Positions 61,340 to 64,000 of a stretch of DNA of 64,000 bases are shown here, in pieces. A program made the position numbers and the translations under genes. This DNA is from Octopus bimaculoides (Eukaryota): NCBI RefSeq assembly GCF_001194135.2, contig NC_068994.1, forward strand, positions 17,916,558 through 17,980,557, written 5' to 3'. Positions within the stretch are counted from its first letter, which is position 1. Each line of letters opens with the position of its first letter. The notes under the pieces are model-generated. The model saw nothing but the letters and a program-made list of their open reading frames with translations, was not told where the DNA came from and did no database searches.

Positions 61340-63395
61340 CGGTGATTTCAAATTTTGGCATAAGGCCAGCAATTTCAGGAGAGGGGATAAGTCAATTACA
61401 CCAACCCCAGCACTCAACTGGTACTTATTTTATTGACCCCAAAAGGATGAAAAACAAAGTTGACCTTGGCAGAATTTGAACTCAGAATGTAAAGGCAGAC
61501 AAAATGCTACTAAGCATTTTGCTCAGCATGCTAACAATTCTGCCAGCTCACTGCCTGAAATAATAATAACAATAATGATAATAATATTCCTTTCTACTAA
61601 AGGCACAAGGCCTGAAATTTTGGGAGAGGGGGAAAGTTGATCATACCGACCCTCGTACTTGACTGGTACTTAATTTATCAACCCTGAAAGAATGAAAGGC
61701 AAAGTTCACCTTAGCAGAATTTTGAATATAATAACTATAATAATAATGGTTTCAAATTTTGGCTCAAAGCCAACAATTTTGAGGGGAAGGGCAAGTTGAT
61801 TAAATTGTGATCCCAGTACTTGACTGAAACTTATTTTACTGATCCTGAAAGGATGAAAGGCAAAGTTGACTTTGATGGTATTAAAACGCAGAAATGTAAA
61901 ACTGGAAGAAATATTACTAAGCATTTGGTCCAACTTGCTAATAATTCTGCTGATTCACTACCTTACTAATAATAAATATGATAACAATAATAATTTAGAT
62001 ACTATATGAAATAAAGATTCATCAGGAATTCTTCCTTTTCTTTTAAGATGAGAAGTATTGTTGATTGAACTTAATCCAGGAAAAACTGGTATTTATTTCT
62101 TTAAACAGGTAATGCTGCTCTCGGCAGGAGTAGAACTTCAAATCTGTGTGGCATGGGGCTAGGTATTCTAACACATCTAGTTGGCAGTTTACCAATTATT
62201 TCACTACCACCACCACCATCATTTCCATTACCAAACAGTAAATGAAATAATGAATAATGTCAGACAGTTACACATTTCTGTACACCGTAATCTTTTGATT
62301 TATTGCAACATGAATTAAACCAAACAGTATAGTATTTAGATCAATCTACAAAAATGCTTCTCTCTATATTTATGTACACACGCTAATAATATACTGAGAA
62401 TTAGTCTCAATAAAATTTAATCTCAATTTCTTGTTATAACCTTGTTATGCCAAAAAAGAGAAGGAAGAGGAAAATGAGAGAAAGAGAAGAAAAGCAATGC
62501 AAATTCTAGCATGTAATAACTATCAGACTTATGTTAAACTAATAAATTATATCTCCACTAAAAAAGGGAAAACTATATACCATTGAATATGTGAAGATAA
62601 CCTTTATGATGCTAAGCAGATAATTCTTGGGCACATGTAAAGAAGAAATGTTAAAAAGAAATGGCAAAATAAATGATTGATGATATGTTATTCTTTAAGA
62701 TAATGCATGTTCTTAAATGTAATTTATGAAAACTATCATAGCTGTGCACTGTCTTTGTTTTTGTGTATTTTGACCATCAACTTCTTCCAGTTTATATAGG
62801 TAAAGAATGGGTATTTGACCTTCTGAGGAAAGTTACCTGGTGTCCTATATAGAGAAATGTTTGCCTATCATCTGTTTAGAGTTCTAGTGTTAAGCACCAG
62901 TTCATTAAACTTCTATAGTTCTTGGGAGGAATTAAATTATTGTACATTCTCAATTTTTTTGTGACACTAAATTTTATGTAATTGGTTTCAAATTTTGGCG
63001 CAAGACCAGCAATTTGATTGCATTGAATCCCAACGTACAGCTGTTACCTATTTTATTTGTTACCTATTTTATTGACTCCCAAAAGGATGAAAGGCAAAGT
63101 TGACTTTGGTGGAATTTGAACTCAGAACATGAAGACTGACAAAATGCCGCTAAGCATTTTACCAGGCATGCTAGTGATTCTGCCAGATCACCACCCTAAT
63201 AATATTCTTTTCTACTCTAGGCACAAGGCCCAAAATTTTTGGAGAGGGGGCCAATCGATTAGATCGACCCCAGTATGCAACTGGTACTTAATATATTGAC
63301 CCCGAAAGGATGAAAGGCAAAGTTGACCTCAGTGGAATTTGAACTCTGAACTTTTCGCCCAGCATGCTAATGTTTCTGTCAGCTCACCACCGTTA
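61340..63395 (-). mobile_element. Cluster of SINE family A copies
   Basis: Five minus-strand copies (about 61340, 61590, 61750, 62990, 63205), the first three separated by (AAT)n. Confidence 0.8.
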
Positions 63396-63789
63396 CCACC
63401 CTAGTAATATTAATCAGACATGCATAATTTTGATATTGTGTTGCTGTGGTGATTGATGTCAGGAAGAAGCTGTGTTGAAAAATTTGTATGGTTTGAAAAC
63501 TAAATGCAATTTTTTTTTGTTTTTGAAATAATTTATATGCTTTCATTATACAGAGCAGCAAAAAATATGTGCCATTTTTTTCTACATTTCATAGGCATAA
63601 ATAGCCAGATTTTTTCATAACTATCTAAGCCATGTTATCATGGAATAAGCAATGTAAGAGCAGTTAAAAAGAAAACTAGAAAAAATATCGGCAGTTCAAC
63701 TTTAAGACAATCATAATCTCATTTGTTTCTCCACTACTTTTGATAATTTCTGTCTTTATCAACTGTTTTCACTTTTGTTTTCATTTCAG

Positions 63790-63834
63790 GTGAACTTCTT
63801 CCAGAAATTTGCACTTCCTGCAATTATAAGTAGG
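63790..63834 (+). CDS. ENO4: Enolase 4-like second coding exon (45 nt)
   Basis: tttcatttcag|GTG...AGG|gtaagt. Phase 0/0: VNFFQKFALPAIISR, matching the recalled next ENO4 residues ANCFSKLAKPPTICK. Gene continues beyond the window. Confidence 0.78.
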
Positions 63835-64000
63835 GTAAGTCAAACACATAAATTATATCCTAACATAATGTGTAAATGTAGCTGTATATATGGCATCCTC
63901 CAAGAACTGTTCTGGAACTTTTAACAATGTTTAATTTCCTGTTTAGTTTTTTTTTCTTTTTTTACTCCAGTCCTATTAACACCATTCAACATTTTCAAGT

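Overview
AT-rich, repeat-dense animal DNA with scaffold gaps. The SINE, RTE and microsatellite content points to a coleoid cephalopod, probably Octopus (inference). Three intron-containing genes can be assembled by hand with consistent splice phases. (1) The last five coding exons of a HAUS8/augmin-like gene (+, 331-8339). (2) A complete four-coding-exon ANKRD53-like ankyrin gene (-, 27520 to 10780, about 418 aa). (3) The first two coding exons of an ENO4-like gene (+, 44086-44259 and 63790-63834). ANKRD53-like and ENO4-like are head-to-head around a CpG-enriched region (about 29.9-31.3 kb) with a consensus RFX X-box at 30519-30532. Introns hold tRNA-derived SINEs, RTE/CR1/CRE/HERO LINE remnants, mariner and hAT elements, a Gypsy remnant and several fold-back structures. 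The most unusual signal is six minimal type I hammerhead-ribozyme motifs in the first 15 kb, arranged as three opposite-strand pairs. One motif has a fully intact core (14913-14999). One pair sits in a palindromic element made of two back-to-back tRNA-like Pol III heads (11778-12243). In each pair the copy sense to the host pre-mRNA is the more broken one. All family names come from recalled motifs, not database searches.
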